DNA from: Eledone cirrhosa
Lineage: Eukaryota
Reading direction: 5' to 3'
DNA: 64,000 bases
Assembly: GCA_964016885.1 (NCBI GenBank)
Contig: OZ024747.1
Span: 18,662,001-18,726,000, forward strand
In this document: positions 13,962-27,032 of the stretch, piece by piece
Position numbering within the stretch: position 1 is the first letter of the stretch
Layout of the letters: the number at the start of each line of letters is the position of its first letter
Program-made: the position numbers and the translations under genes
The notes under the pieces: model-generated
Database searches by the model: none
What the model saw: the letters and a program-made list of their open reading frames with translations, nothing else
What the model was told of the DNA's origin: nothing

Positions 13962-14415
13962 ATAATCCTTTTGTTATAATATTTCTAATGAAATACACTG
14001 CTTATGTGTTTCAATTAATTGTGAAAATTTTAATGAGATGACTAGTAAGTTGATGTTTGAAACATTGCTTAACAAAAATTACTTAAAGATTTCATAAATA
14101 AAATTATGACAAACGGTTCTAATATAAATATGAACACTTTAACCCTTTAGCATTCAAAACGGCTGTATCTAGCCAGAATTCTTTCACCTCTTTCTGTTCG
14201 AACTGGCTGTAACCGATCACTCATACTGATGTTAAGGTATTGTTCTCAAAATAAATAATAACAAAATCTCAAAGATTCGATATTATGTGAGGTAAAGCCT
14301 TTACCATGAAAATATAAAAGTATATATAGAGTAATGTAATGTTAAAGGGTTAAAATGAGCAGTTGTATATCATAAATTAGGGAGGTTTCAGGCAGTTTGA
14401 TATCAAAAGGGTTAA
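13962..14415. mobile_element. piggyBac-type MITE family B (host of a nested family A copy)
   Basis: taatccttt... start and ...ggcagtttgatatcaaaagggttaa end; related ends at 20991-21162, 39548-39803 and about 8900-8930. Confidence 0.6.
14139..14353 (-). mobile_element. piggyBac-type MITE family A (nested in a family B MITE)
   Basis: TTAA|CCCTTTA...TAAAGGG|TTAA; reverse orientation of 10517-10740. Confidence 0.85.
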
Positions 14416-15735
14416 TAAAAATAAAAGAAAATATATTTGACTAGAAAAAAAGATTGCGCTCTTCCTACGTGAAAACAGAAATAATTCATTCTTAAGACTT
14501 CCTACATTCTTCAGTTTTAACTCCTGCTGCAGTAAATGAAGATTTCTCTATTTTGTAAAATTTCACAATGCAGTTTGGTGATTTTTTTTTCCTTTTCGTG
14601 CTAAGCATTATATTTTCATTAGCTTACATTAATGATGGCAGAAGTAATCTTTTTAGTACTTCATATTTAAAGCTGTTGTTTTTGCTTTTTGTGTTCTTTT
14701 TTGTTGTGGTTGTTACTGTTGTTATTTTCAGTGTTTATTGTTGTTCCACTATTATTATGCATTGCTGCTACTCTACTATTTGTATTATTGTTTGTTGTTG
14801 CTACTGCTTTTTTTAAAAACTGCTGCTAACTTGGAGTGGCTGGTCCCTCTGTAAGGCAGAGCTAGTACCCCAACAAAAAAAGCACCCAGTCCAACCTCTA
14901 AGCAGTAAAGATGGTGCCATGACAAACAAAGAAAAACACTCAGTCCACACTATAAGGCAGTAGTGCTGGTGCCACAACATAAAAGCACTAAGTCCACTTT
15001 TTAAGGTGGTAGTGTTGGTGTCAGGACAAAAACATATGTTGTTCTATGTTACTTTGTCATTTTCCTTATTAACAAACAAACTATTTTTTCAAGATTTGGC
15101 TACAACTATTTGCGGGTCAACTAACTTACATAACATATCCCTTGCTGGCAGACCCATTTATGCTGTGGTGTTATTTCTGAAATAATGAGTACATTTTGCC
15201 AAAAGGAAGAGAATTATATAAACATTTATACCTATCTGACAAACATGTATTATGAAATAAAAGAGGTGATGATAAGTGTGGTGGTGAATAAATTACCTGT
15301 TCTCTGCATTCCTAACAGATTGTTATAGGTTGTTTCAAATAATTTTTATTTTTAAGTCTTACAAAATAAAACTATGGAAATATATTTACATTTTCCATTT
15401 ATTTCACCTAAAAGTTAGTATTTTTACCTCTTTATTATCATTTCTTAAAGTAGTTTCATATCGTGTTTCTTGAAAAAGAAAAAAAAACCTTTTAGCATAG
15501 TGTTGGCAAATATATGACTAACAGATATCTGAATCTTCATACATTCCATTCTAAGAACTAACCTTTATGTTTACAGCAAGGAAGCAGTGTGAATATATAG
15601 AATTAGTATAACAACTTGAGTATATATAATTCAAGACTTTGAAATTTACCATCTGTTTTAAATATTTATGGGAAAAGAAATACTTCATTATTTTACATAC
15701 ATATATAACTATATATATATATAAATATACATATA

Positions 15736-15804
<69 letters not shown>

Positions 15805-16004
15805 ACCTTTTAAACTTTAGGTTGTTGCCAGTGGTGGTTGTTGTGGGAGTGAGGCTTCTGGCAGTGGCAGTTGTGGCAGATATTAAATACCTTGCAGCAT
15901 TTGTGTCCTTTTATGTTCATATCTCGCTGAGATCAGCACTTTAACAATCCTCCTTCCCTGAGTTTGATAAAATAAGTACCAAGAAGACAAGTCAATCATA
16001 TAGC

Positions 16005-16365
16005 AGGTCAGGGGTTGTGACACATTCTCCACTGCCAATCTTGGCACTCTGGCAATAAAACTGGGAACTGCTGCCCACGTTGCAGAAGGACAGAAAATGA
16101 CTAAGTATAAATCATTACTGGTAAATATCCACTGGAAACCTTGTAATGTAGGCCATAAGCCTGAGAACTACTGCCCACGATGTAGAGGGTCAGAAAATGA
16201 CTAAGTAGGTGCCATTGATGGTTGTCAGATCTTGTTTTCAGAGTGCTATTATCTTTCATAAAAAAAGAATGGAGGTAGGAACCCTATAAGGTAGGTTGGC
16301 TGATGCAGTGGGTATTACTGGCTGTCCTTCGCTCCAATGCTTTTGCTACCCTATCTGCTGGATAT
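16005..16365 (+). mobile_element. CRE-like non-LTR retrotransposon remnant (restriction-like endonuclease region)
   Basis: GCDTFSTANLGTLAIKLGTAAHVAEGQKMTKY...EPYKVGWLMQWVLLAVLRSNAF resembles the C.DT...A...AE..K..KY...RGNA C-terminus of CRE-clade elements. Confidence 0.55.
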
Positions 16366-17763
16366 AGGTGAGACAAGTTATTCAACAAAAATAAAAAGTT
16401 TGTTTCAACCAAATACTGAAGCCAATTTAATTGATTGTTCTTTCCCCAACTTTTGTGACCTTGTACTCATGTAAAGCACATGGCTCAATGGTTAGGGTGA
16501 TGGATAAGCAATCTTAATGTTGTGGACTGGGAAAAGCATTGTGTTCTCGAACAAAATACTTCATTTCACATTATTTCAGTCTGCTTAACTAAAAATGAGT
16601 ATGAGCAGTAGCTGCGAGTTAACCCTATTATGGACTGGCATTCTATCCAGGGGAATTCTTGTAAGCTCAGTTGCTTAATACTGATGAATCTGGGATAATT
16701 ATTGGCTAGATAAACCACCAGGCTTGGGACAGACTTTAACTAATGTAAGAAATCATTATTCAACAGACACCATCACTTATAATCTGGTGTATAGGGCCTT
16801 TTATTTTTATAAGTTTACAAAAACACAGACAGAAGGAAAAGAAGAAAGGAAAGCCTACTTATTCATATGGCAATTTATTTTTGAAAATACTCCAATAAAA
16901 GTGTTCATGTAAATTATGGCAGATAGACACTTTGTTGACTGGCTGGTGGTTTAGAACCAGCATGTGGTTGACTAGATGGCAGTCACCCAAGTCAAGATAT
17001 GTCAACAGAAGTCTACATTAGAAGAAATGTCAGCTTTTGAGAAACAAAAACATCAATAGTAGAAAATATAATGAAGTTGCAGTTTTGAATCATGGGAAAG
17101 GCAAAAAAAAAAGTAACAAAATTGTTGGATAAAAAGAACAAACAGGTGGTGAACTATATGAAAGACATTAATTTAGACTTCCATTACTAAGCTTTATCAG
17201 CACATTGGTAGGATACTGGATGGCAAAATTGAAGGACTCTTCAAACGAATATTAATAGCTACACACTATAGGAAGTCTGTTGGATTTACAAACATTTTTC
17301 TCTGTATGTTTATGACAATAGGCAGAATGATCAAATAGTTGGGAAGTTTTCACAATCATAAGGTCCTGGGTTCAGTCCCACTGTATGGTATCTTGTGTGT
17401 TTTTACTATAGCCTCAACTTGATCCAAGCTTTGTGAGTGGAATTGAATATACAGAAATTGTTTGGAAGACAATCAGTTGAACTGTAACTATAATTCAGAG
17501 TGCCAACCTTGTTGCATTGTGTCATGTTGAATCTTCCTGAGAATTAGTTTAAGAGTGCATTCATCTGGTGAATCCTCAGCCAAGAATATGTTAATTTCAC
17601 AAGTAGCTGATTCAATTGACCAAACAATTGAAACACTCATTGTCAAAACCAATGGATATATATTTTACAAGTAAAGAAAACACAATGGAGCTAAATCTTG
17701 AAACCAGAATTATTTTGAAGCTATCATGCATTGCCAAATGATTGATAAAAATGACCATCATTT

Positions 17764-17941
17764 TGGCAGTATCAGTAGAGGGTCGGACGCCATGCTTTCC
17801 AGCATAGTTACGTCCCTTTACGATCTGAGTTCAAATCCCGCCGAGGTTGACTTTGCCTTTCATCCTTACGGGGTCGATAAAATAAAGTACCAGTAATGCA
17901 CTGGGTAATTGCTGGCCTTGTGTCTAAAGTAGAAACAATTA
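17764..17941 (+). mobile_element. SINE family M
   Basis: Near-identical to 42089-42279 and 27997-28175; further copies at about 8442-8650, 24915-25118, 34330-34546 (+) and 33090-33300, 40125-40338 (-). Confidence 0.85.
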
Positions 17942-18784
17942 ATCTTTATAGGAACCACATTAAGTTATTCCTAAACAGTAGTAAAAATCAAAAGCAAAAA
18001 AAATCTACTCAGCCCATCTAACCCATGCCAGTATAGAAAACAGATATCATAAAATAATGATGATGGCTATTACTAGTATTTATATATTTAGTTAACAAAA
18101 AATACAACAGAGCAAAGTTTTTCATTCCAGAAGGCTATGGGATAATGTTGCTATGTTAAAGACTGCTTGAGAAATGTTTGAAAGAGATATAGACATTGAG
18201 AAATTCAAGCCACTACATAAAACTTCACTTGCTTGCTAACTTACCAATTTGGTCTGTTGCTTTTTAAAAAAAAACCAGAAATAAGATTCCTGCAAACCTC
18301 TAGAGTGTCAATTACTGATTCTAGCCAATTTACTTTGACTTACATTTCAAATGTCCTTGATAAAGTCACGAATGTGTATAATCTCATAGTGTCTATGTAA
18401 AATTAAAAAAAAACTACTCCCTATACACGATTTCCTCTCAAGTTATAGGCTTGCTCACTATCTTCCAGTGCCAGACACACATATATATATATACACACAC
18501 ACGCATATATATATACACATTTACATACATACACTCATATATATGTGTGTGTGTGTGCTGGTGCCATGGGCAAAAAAGTAGTTGGTAATGGTGGTACCAC
18601 AAGAAAACAAATTCAGCACATGCTGTAAAGTGGTTGGTGTTAGAAAGGGCATCCAAAACTATGCAAAAATAGAACATGAGCATGACAAAGTTGTCTGTCC
18701 TGTCTGTCTAGCATCGGAGCATAACAACCTGTCTAATCCATGCAGGTATGGAAAATGGTGATGATGATAATGTGTGTGTATCTA

Positions 18785-19330
18785 TTATCATCATAATCTT
18801 ATTTTGCATCTATTTTTCCATGCTTGTTTGCATTGGAGGGGGTCTTTTCCAGGACAATCTCCCTCTATTTTTTGCTTTCCTTCATCATTTCTTCTGTGAG
18901 GTTCAGCATTTTAAGATCTGCTCTCACCACTTCTGCCCAGATCTTTCTTGGTCTTTGTCTACTGCAGCAACCTTTCTCATGGGAATGTCTGGCACTTGTT
19001 TATCTAATGATCACCATATATGTCCTTAAAAGTGCAGTCTTCTCTCTTGCATACTATCTGATTCTTTTTATACCTATTTTTTTTCTCTCACCTCATCCAT
19101 GCTTCACCATTCATGCACATTAACATCACATATGCATTGGAGCATGCTCACTTTGTTTCTCTCCAGCCTTCACATATTCTCTGCTTTTACTGCCAATATC
19201 TTACTACCATGTAACATTACACTTTGCATGCAACCATCAGACTACCTGTCGTTCATTGAGAGAAATACTTGTTTGTCAACAGAGTTAGTAGCTCCTTGAA
19301 CCGTTTCCACCCTGTTCTTATTTGAGGCAC
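18785..19330 (-). mobile_element. Degenerate RTE LINE 3' remnant
   Basis: Similar to 22747-23145 and 21355-21890 (gatctgctctcaccac, ttactaccatg and ttccaccctgttct segments). Confidence 0.6.
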
Positions 19331-20249
19331 TAATTAGGGAACCTACGTAATAGAACCTGTCGACTAGGGACTTTAACTGCTACTGTTCATCTTCTAAATG
19401 CAAAGTCTACTTTTTCTGCTAGTCTGCCTATATTACATCTTTGTACCTCATTACACGTACCCTTACATATACATATTTATAAACACACACATATGTGTGT
19501 GTATGTATGTATATTTGACACCTATTAGCATACACACACACATATTTATAGAGAGAGATATATAGATACACATGTTAACACATACACACACACACAAACA
19601 CATTCACATATATACAGTATCATAACTGAGGGTGCTAAAATGCCTTTAACTGATATGAGGCAGGGTGTAAACTTCCTCTCAAAAAATGTGATCTCTATCC
19701 CAATACATGAAGCTAAAGGTTTGATCCTCTTGACCTCCCTACAAAGAAATATAAAAAGTATTTACAGAAATCTTTCAAAACTTTCCCAATGCATGACCTG
19801 AGATTACTTCTCACTCTGATAAACTTTGACACCATTAACTTTGCTAGATATACTAACTCATAAAAACAATATCTTTATTTGATACACACTGTTTATGATA
19901 TCATACTAACATGCTACCATGATCGGAGAAAAGACACAATCAGGGAAGGAATTGGATGAAGGGAACTTGTAGTAGCAAAAATGTCAAGGCTCTTTCGTTT
20001 CCCAGATGTACATTGAAGAATCAGTTAGCCAACCTTAAAACTTATGTATTTTCTGCCTGAAGCTCCAAGACTATTTTTTCTCTGAGAAGTAAATTTTAAG
20101 AGGTAAATTTTTTTTTATTCAACAAGTTTCAATTAAACTATATAATGTTTGCAATAAAAAGAAAAAGAAAAACATTAAATAATTAAAGTAAGGAGAAAGG
20201 GGGGTGGGGAAGTGGTAGGCTCTTTTTTCCATTCTAGGAGGAATACCTC

Positions 20250-20569
20250 AGCTACACTCATGGACAAAATGACATAAGCATTGCTGTGGAGAAGAATCAA
20301 CAGCACCCACTTCATTAGAGACTCCACCTTATGGAGTTCCTTACTCAGGTGGAATCAACTCCTAATTTTGCACAGGAAAACATCAGTTTGTGGCATGGGA
20401 ACACTTGAGCTCTTGACAGTGCCCAACATAATAAAAAGGAAATGGTTAGTCAAGTCACGGTATTTGTTTATCTTTCGCACCCCTGCATTACAGGTAGCAT
20501 TACCTGTGTTTATGGTCAAAGAAACAAAGTCGGGAGTGGAGAATGTGTCACAGCACATAGCAGCCCAGA
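20250..20569 (-). mobile_element. CRE-like remnant, second copy
   Basis: IWAAMCCDTFST....NAGVRKINKYRDLTNHFLF; a third fragment at about 24765-24880 (-) reads NAEDWKMAKYRNLTNHFLFVSLG. Confidence 0.55.
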
Positions 20570-20798
20570 TTAACCCTTTAACATTTAAACCAACCACATC
20601 TAGCCAGAATTCTCTCACCTCTTTCTGTTCAAACTGGCTGTAACTGGCCGCTCATACTTATGTTAAAGTATTGTTCTCAAAATAAATAATATCTAAATCT
20701 CATAGATTCAATATTATGTGAGATAATTATGTGAGGTAAAGCATTTACCATGAAAATATAATAGTAAATATAGAGTAATGTAAATACTAAAGGATTAA
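20570..20798 (-). mobile_element. piggyBac-type MITE family A
   Basis: TTAA-flanked with the same internal sequence; abuts a CRE-like remnant. Confidence 0.83.
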
Positions 20799-21354
20799 AA
20801 CTTTAATACTATGTAATGAAATCAAAGACTTAATCAAAATCATTAATACTATGTAACTGTGTTATGAAAATTTATAAAGTAATGCATCAAAATAAAAATA
20901 AGAAAATTATAAAACATGGAGTTTCCACAGGTCGTGATAGTTAATTATTGAACTAAATATATTTTCCCTTTAAGATAAATGTAATTTTAATTAATCCTTT
21001 GATACCAAACTGACTGAAACCGCCCTTGGTTTTATGATACAAAGATAGTTGTTTTAAAGTGTTTATCTAAATTTTATGAAAGAACCATTATGTTCTAAAC
21101 ACAAACTTAATAACAAGAAAGTAAGTTATATTACTATATCTCACTAAATATTTGATTATTTTCAAAATGATTTGAAAAACACAGACTGTCTTTCATTAGT
21201 AATATTGTGATGAAAGAGTTAAAATGTTTTGGGGTGTGGTTAAGTGTATAAGGGACACTCATTGCATTAAGCATATTGGTTTTTCATTCAAATATTCATT
21301 TCTAAATATCTCTATTAGTTATGAACATAAAGACAACAAAATATATATCACCAT

Positions 21355-21890
21355 TATTTTAAACAAGTTTTTCCATGCAAGCATGGGTGGAGTTGTCTAG
21401 TATAAGATCCTTTGGTTCATTACATTCCTTTGTCATCTACTCTGTGAGCTTGAATGATTTGAGATCAGCTCTCACCACCTCTGCCAGGTCTTCCTTGGTC
21501 TTCCCCTCCTGCAGCTATCTTCTGCTGGGATTTCCTGGTACTTCTTTACCCAATGGTCATCATCCATAAAATATGATCATACCAGCACAGTCATTTCTCC
21601 TACTCACAACATCTGATTCCTCTTATATTCAGTTTTTTCCTCTGCTCATTCTTGCTAGGCATATTCATATTACACATCTATCGAAGTATGCAGCCTTCAC
21701 ATATCCTTTGCATTCACTGCCCATATCTTACTACCATGCAACAGCACATGTAAATATCTTACAGCTGACATTTCATTCATAGAAAGGAACCTTTTGTCAT
21801 TTGCAGAGAAAGTAGTTCCATCAACTTTTTCCATCCGGTCCTTATTCTAGCTACTATGCTTTCAAAACAAACAAACTTTACCATTGCTAA
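21355..21890 (-). mobile_element. Degenerate RTE LINE 3' remnant
   Basis: Similar to 18785-19330; the reverse complement retains ARIRTGWKK-like coding traces near 21825-21855. Confidence 0.6.
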
Positions 21891-21899
21891 TTATGCCAC

Positions 21900-21933
<34 letters not shown>

Positions 21934-21972
21934 GTGTGTGTGTGCGTGTATATATATATATATATATGTATG

Positions 21973-22019
<47 letters not shown>

Positions 22020-22272
22020 ATATATATGTATATATATCAGTATCAGTTTTAAACATATAATGTCTGTGTGTCTGTCTTTTAACTGACTGGATTCTCTTGT
22101 GTGCTGCTGACATTCTTACTAGAATATTGTGACCTCAGCTGGTTTGAAGATTATTTTCATGATTTGCATTTCTTACATAATTTTCACTGTGTGTGAATAG
22201 ATATGTGCATATGAGAAAAGAGGAAGAATGTGTGTGTGGGTATTTATATATAATGTATGCATATATATATAT

Positions 22273-22660
22273 AGTGGCTTAGTGGTTAGAGCATTGGCCT
22301 TGCAATTGAAAGGCTGTGAGTTCAATTCTCAGACCAGGTGATGTGTTGTTTCCTTGGGCAAAACACTTTATTTCACATTGCTCCAGTTTACTCAGCTGTA
22401 GAAATGAAATGATAGGGACTGGGGTCCCTATCATTCCACTGTAAAGTGGTCATGTAGGTGCTACGGCAAAAACCACCCAGCACTCACTGTAAAGTGGTCG
22501 TGGAGGTGCCACGGCAAAACAGCCCCAGCACTCACTGTAAATGAGGTTGGTGTTAGGAAGGGCATCCAGCTGTAGAAATCAAGCCAGAATCAGTCCCCGT
22601 CCCACTCTTGCAAGCAGGGAAAAGCGGACGTAAAATGATGATGATGATGATGATGATGAT
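22273..22660 (+). mobile_element. tRNA-derived CORE-like SINE with RTE-related tail
   Basis: Same family as 4498-4840 with one extra internal ~48 bp repeat; (GAT)n tail. Confidence 0.85.
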
Positions 22661-22746
22661 ATATAATGTATGCATATATATATATATATGCATATATATA
22701 TGTATGCATATATATATATGTATGCATATATATATGTATGCATATA

Positions 22747-23145
22747 TCATCATCATCATCATATTACATCTGCTTTTGCGTGCTTGCAAGGGTGGGACAG
22801 GTCCTATTCAGCACAGCATCTCTCCACTTGTCACGGTCCTTCATCATCTCCTCCATGAGCTTCTGAGGTCTGCCCTCACCACCTCCACCCATGTTTTTTG
22901 TGGTCTTCTTCTACTGCTTCTTCCTTCTACAGGGATTTCTTGGCACTTCTTTACCCAGCGATCATCGCAGTCTTCTCTCCCACACACTACAACTTATCCC
23001 TCTTATACACAGTTTCTCTCTCAACTCATCTATGTTTGGTCGTTCATGTACATTGACATTGCACATCCAATGGAGCATCGGGCGTCTCACACAGCCATCA
23101 TATAACCGGCCTTTCGTACGCAGGGAGAAACCCTTCTTTGTCAAC
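22747..23145 (-). mobile_element. Older, internally deleted RTE LINE 3' fragment
   Basis: Minus-strand KGFSLRTKGRLYDGCV...MLHWMCNVNVHER...ELREKLCIRGI...ERRLR matches the C-terminus of the 57525 ORF; (ATC)n tail at 22747. Confidence 0.8.
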
Positions 23146-23188
23146 ATATATATATGTATGCATATATATATGCAGACATATATATATA

Positions 23189-23702
23189 CTAGCTGAGGTA
23201 CCCGGTAATACCCAGGAGTGGGGTTATTCCCAGTTCCCATTAAAATGCCCAATGCCTCTCAGACCAAAAATTCAATCAAAATACAGGACAGATAATGAAA
23301 AGCGAAGACAAATTCATTTAGGAAACAATAATACAAACAAATATTGTTGATTGCATTGGTCAGGCGAAACAATGTTTGTCAGAGAAGTTGAGTGTTGCTA
23401 TAAGGAAAAAAATAGAACCCCCATTAGGGTATCTTAATATTATTGAAATTTGCTGAAATTCTGTGAATAGACATCATATGTTGTCATTTACCTATGGTTT
23501 AAATTTCATATAAATCGAAGGGAAAAAATTTTCAGCAGGGATTTGAGCCCTGGGGAACCCTTTGATTAAAATGAAATATACGTAAGAAATCAAATGGGCA
23601 TGAGCCCCACACACGTGTCAAGTTTCATCAAGATCGGTTTAGTAGTTTTTGAGTTTTAGGTTCACAAACAGACAGACAGAAATTGTAATTTATGTATATA
23701 GA
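23189..23702 (-). mobile_element. Non-autonomous Helitron-like element, copy 1 (one internal unit)
   Basis: On the minus strand 5'-TCTATATACATAAA...GC-rich subterminal hairpin...CTAG-3', inserted between A and T with no TSD; (GTCT)n near the 5' end. Confidence 0.8.
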
Positions 23703-24354
23703 TATTATGTATATAGATATGTATGTAGACATATATATATATATGTGTATGCATATATATATATATGTATGTATGTATATATATATATATGTATCGATAT
23801 ATATATGTATGTATGTATGTATATATATATATATGTATGTATATGTATATGTATTGTATATGTATGTATATATATACACAAATACATGCACATACATCCA
23901 TATATACATATATATGTGTATATGTTTACTCAGATGTCTACGAATAAAACCAAATATTGTTTCTTCATTTTTACAGATAGAAACAAAGAAAGCTGTGCTC
24001 CAGCATGGCCTTGGTCATAATGGTTAACACACACCAAAGAACTAAAGGACTTACATTGTTTCTCTTACAATACGTTATATCTTTCTGGACCCATAGCATT
24101 AATCCCTCTTAATCTATCTATCTCCCTCTCTCTTCTCCTCTCTCTCTTCCTCTCACTCTCTGTTTCTGTTTCCCCCTTTCTCTAAACCCCCCCCCCCCCC
24201 TCTCAGAAAATTGGCAGAATCTTTAAAATATCAGACAAAATACTTTCTGGTATTTATTCCATCACTTTAAATTCTGAGTTTTAATCCTACTGAGGTCAAC
24301 TTTAATTTTCACCCTTTTGAGCTTGATAAAATAAAGTATCAGTTCAGGATTTTC

Positions 24355-24763
24355 TGCTTCTCTTCATCTTTCTCTTTCTTCTTCTTCTCGTTCTTCTTCT
24401 TCTCGTTCTTCTTCTTCTTTTTCTTTTTCTTTTTCTTTTTCTTATTCTTTTTCTTTTTCTTCTTTTTTAAAACTTTTTCTTCTTCTTCATTTCCTTCTTT
24501 TTCTTCTTTTTCTTCTTTTTCTTCTTCTTCTTCTTCTTCTTTTTCTTCTTCTTTTTTAAAACTTTTTCTTCTTCTTTTTCTTCTTTTTCTTCTTCTTCTT
24601 TTTCTTCTTCTTCTTCTTCTTCTTCTTCTTCTTCTTCTTCTTCTTCTCGTTCTTCTTTTTCTTTTTCTTTTTCTTTTTCTTCTTTTTTAAAACTTTTTCT
24701 TCTTTTCTTTTTCTTCTTTTTCTTTTTCTTTTTCTTTTTCTTCTTCTTCTTCTTCTTCTTCTT
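24355..24763. repeat. (TTC)n/(TTTTTC)n polypyrimidine microsatellite
   Basis: Seen directly; explains the poly-K/E ORFs. Confidence 0.95.
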
Positions 24764-25916
24764 AACACCAAGTGATACAAAAAGAAAGTGGTTGGTCAAG
24801 TTCCGATATTTGGCCATCTTCCAATCCTCTGCATTACAGGTGACAGTGCTCAAGTTTGTGGCTGAAGTGACAAACTATGCTAGGTTTCTGCTATGAAATC
24901 AATATTATTATACAGCGGTGGATTGGCAGGCAGTATCGGTAGAGGGTTGGATGCTATGCTTTGAAGCATAGAGTTACGTCCCTTTACTGTCTGAGTTCAA
25001 ATCCCGCCGAGGTTAACTTTGCCTTTCATCCTTATGGGGGGGGGGGTCGATAAAATAAAGTACCAGTAATACACTAGGATAATTGCTGGCCTTGTGCCGA
25101 AAAGTAGAAACAATTATTATACAGTAATTCTGTTGATAGCAACCATTTTGTCATTTTGTCCTCCTCCTTCTGCTCCTATTTCTCGCCTTCCTCCCCCACC
25201 TCCTCCTCCACCTTCTCCACCTCCTCCTCCTCCTCCACTTCCACTTCCTCATCATCATCCACATCATTGTTTTGTTGTTTTCAATTACTATGGCCTGAAT
25301 TCCAAAAGCATCTTGATTTTATGTTTTCGTATATTTTTGTCGTTTGTTTATTTTCTGTTACTACTTGAGATGAGGCGGTGAGGGAGGTAACAATTTAGAT
25401 GTTTATCTTAATTCCATTTGTAGATTAGTTTATTTTAACTAATCTCTTTATAAATTAGAACATTTTTTTTGTTTTGTTTTCTCTCTCGGGTGGTTGGACT
25501 GTTGTACTTTAATGTGAAGTGCATATTTGGATATGTTGGTCTCTACATGTATACAGCAGAGGGTAGGGAGTGCATACACACACATACAGAATCACACACG
25601 CTTACAGAATCACACACACAGTCATCATCATCATCATTAGCATCAGCAGCAGACCCTTTTTCTCATTGCTGGCTAAGTTGGACACACCTCACAGCATCTC
25701 ATCTTGGTCTGTCAATAAAGAAAACTGGCCATCTTTGTTCTAGTGTATGTCTTACATTGGAAAATGGGTGTCTTTTATCAGGCCACCAGCAGTGGTTGTC
25801 TGAATACATTCTAAGCTGTCTTTTGATCTATGAAAGAAAGCCACCATTTTATACATGCCATTACTTGGATATTAATTTTTTTTCTTGGGAACTAATCTAT
25901 TGTTTAACAAAAAATA

Positions 25917-26056
<140 letters not shown>

Positions 26057-26185
26057 CTGTATGTGGTTGATGGCTGAGAGAAAAGAGTACTCAATATCGA
26101 AGTAGAGTTTTAATCTATATATATATATCTGTATGTGGTTGATGGCTGAGAGAAAAGAGTACTCAATATCGAAGTAGAGTTTTAA

Positions 26186-26993
26186 TCTATATACATAAAT
26201 GGCAATTTCTGTCTATTTGTTTGTTTGTTTGTGAACCTAAAACTAAAAAACTACCAAACCGATCTTGATGAAACTTGACACGTGTGTGGGGCTCATGCCC
26301 ATTTGATTTCTTATCTATATTTCATTTTAATCAAAGGGTTCCCCTGCTGAAAATGTTTTCCCTTCGATTTATATGAAATTTAAACCATAGGTAAATGACA
26401 AGATATGATGCATATTCACAAAATTTCAGCAAATTTCAATAATATTAAGACACCCTAATGGGGGTTAAACCTCCTATAGTGAAAATTTTGGCCAATAAAT
26501 GGAACAAGATTTCATGAACTCCTCCTATGGTTTTGGAGATAGACCCCCATAACCATATAAATTCTGAAACTACATTTCCCAGGGTACTATATTTCATTTT
26601 AATCAAAGGGTTCCCCGGGGGCACAAAACCCCCGCTGAAAACCTCAGCTGTAATTTGTTCCCTTCAATGTATATGAAATTTGAACCATAGGTAAATGACA
26701 AGATATGATGCCTATTAACAAATTTTCAGCAAATTTCAATAATAATAAGACACCCTAATGGGGGTTCTATTTTTTTCCTTATAGCAACACTCAACTTCTC
26801 TGACAAACATTGTTTCCCCTGACCAATGTAATCAACAATATTTGTTTGTATTATTGTTTCCTAAATGAATTTGTCTTCGCTTTTCATTATCTGTCCTATA
26901 TTTTGATTTCATTTTTGGTCTGAGAGGCATTGGGCATTTTAATGGGAACTGGGAATACCCCCACTCCTGGGTATTATCGGGTACCTCAGCTAG
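26186..26993 (+). mobile_element. Non-autonomous Helitron-like element, copy 2 (two ~300 bp internal units)
   Basis: A|TCTATATACATAAA ... cctgggtattatcggg ... CTAG|T, (GTTT)n, accgatcttgatgaaacttg motif; highly similar to 47143-47960. Confidence 0.85.
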
Positions 26994-26999
26994 TATTCA

Positions 27000-27032
<33 letters not shown>

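Noticed and set aside
21856-24027. Numerous YI/HT/VC-rich ORFs here and throughout the window
   Set aside because: Translations of (TA)n, (CA)n and (TG)n microsatellites.
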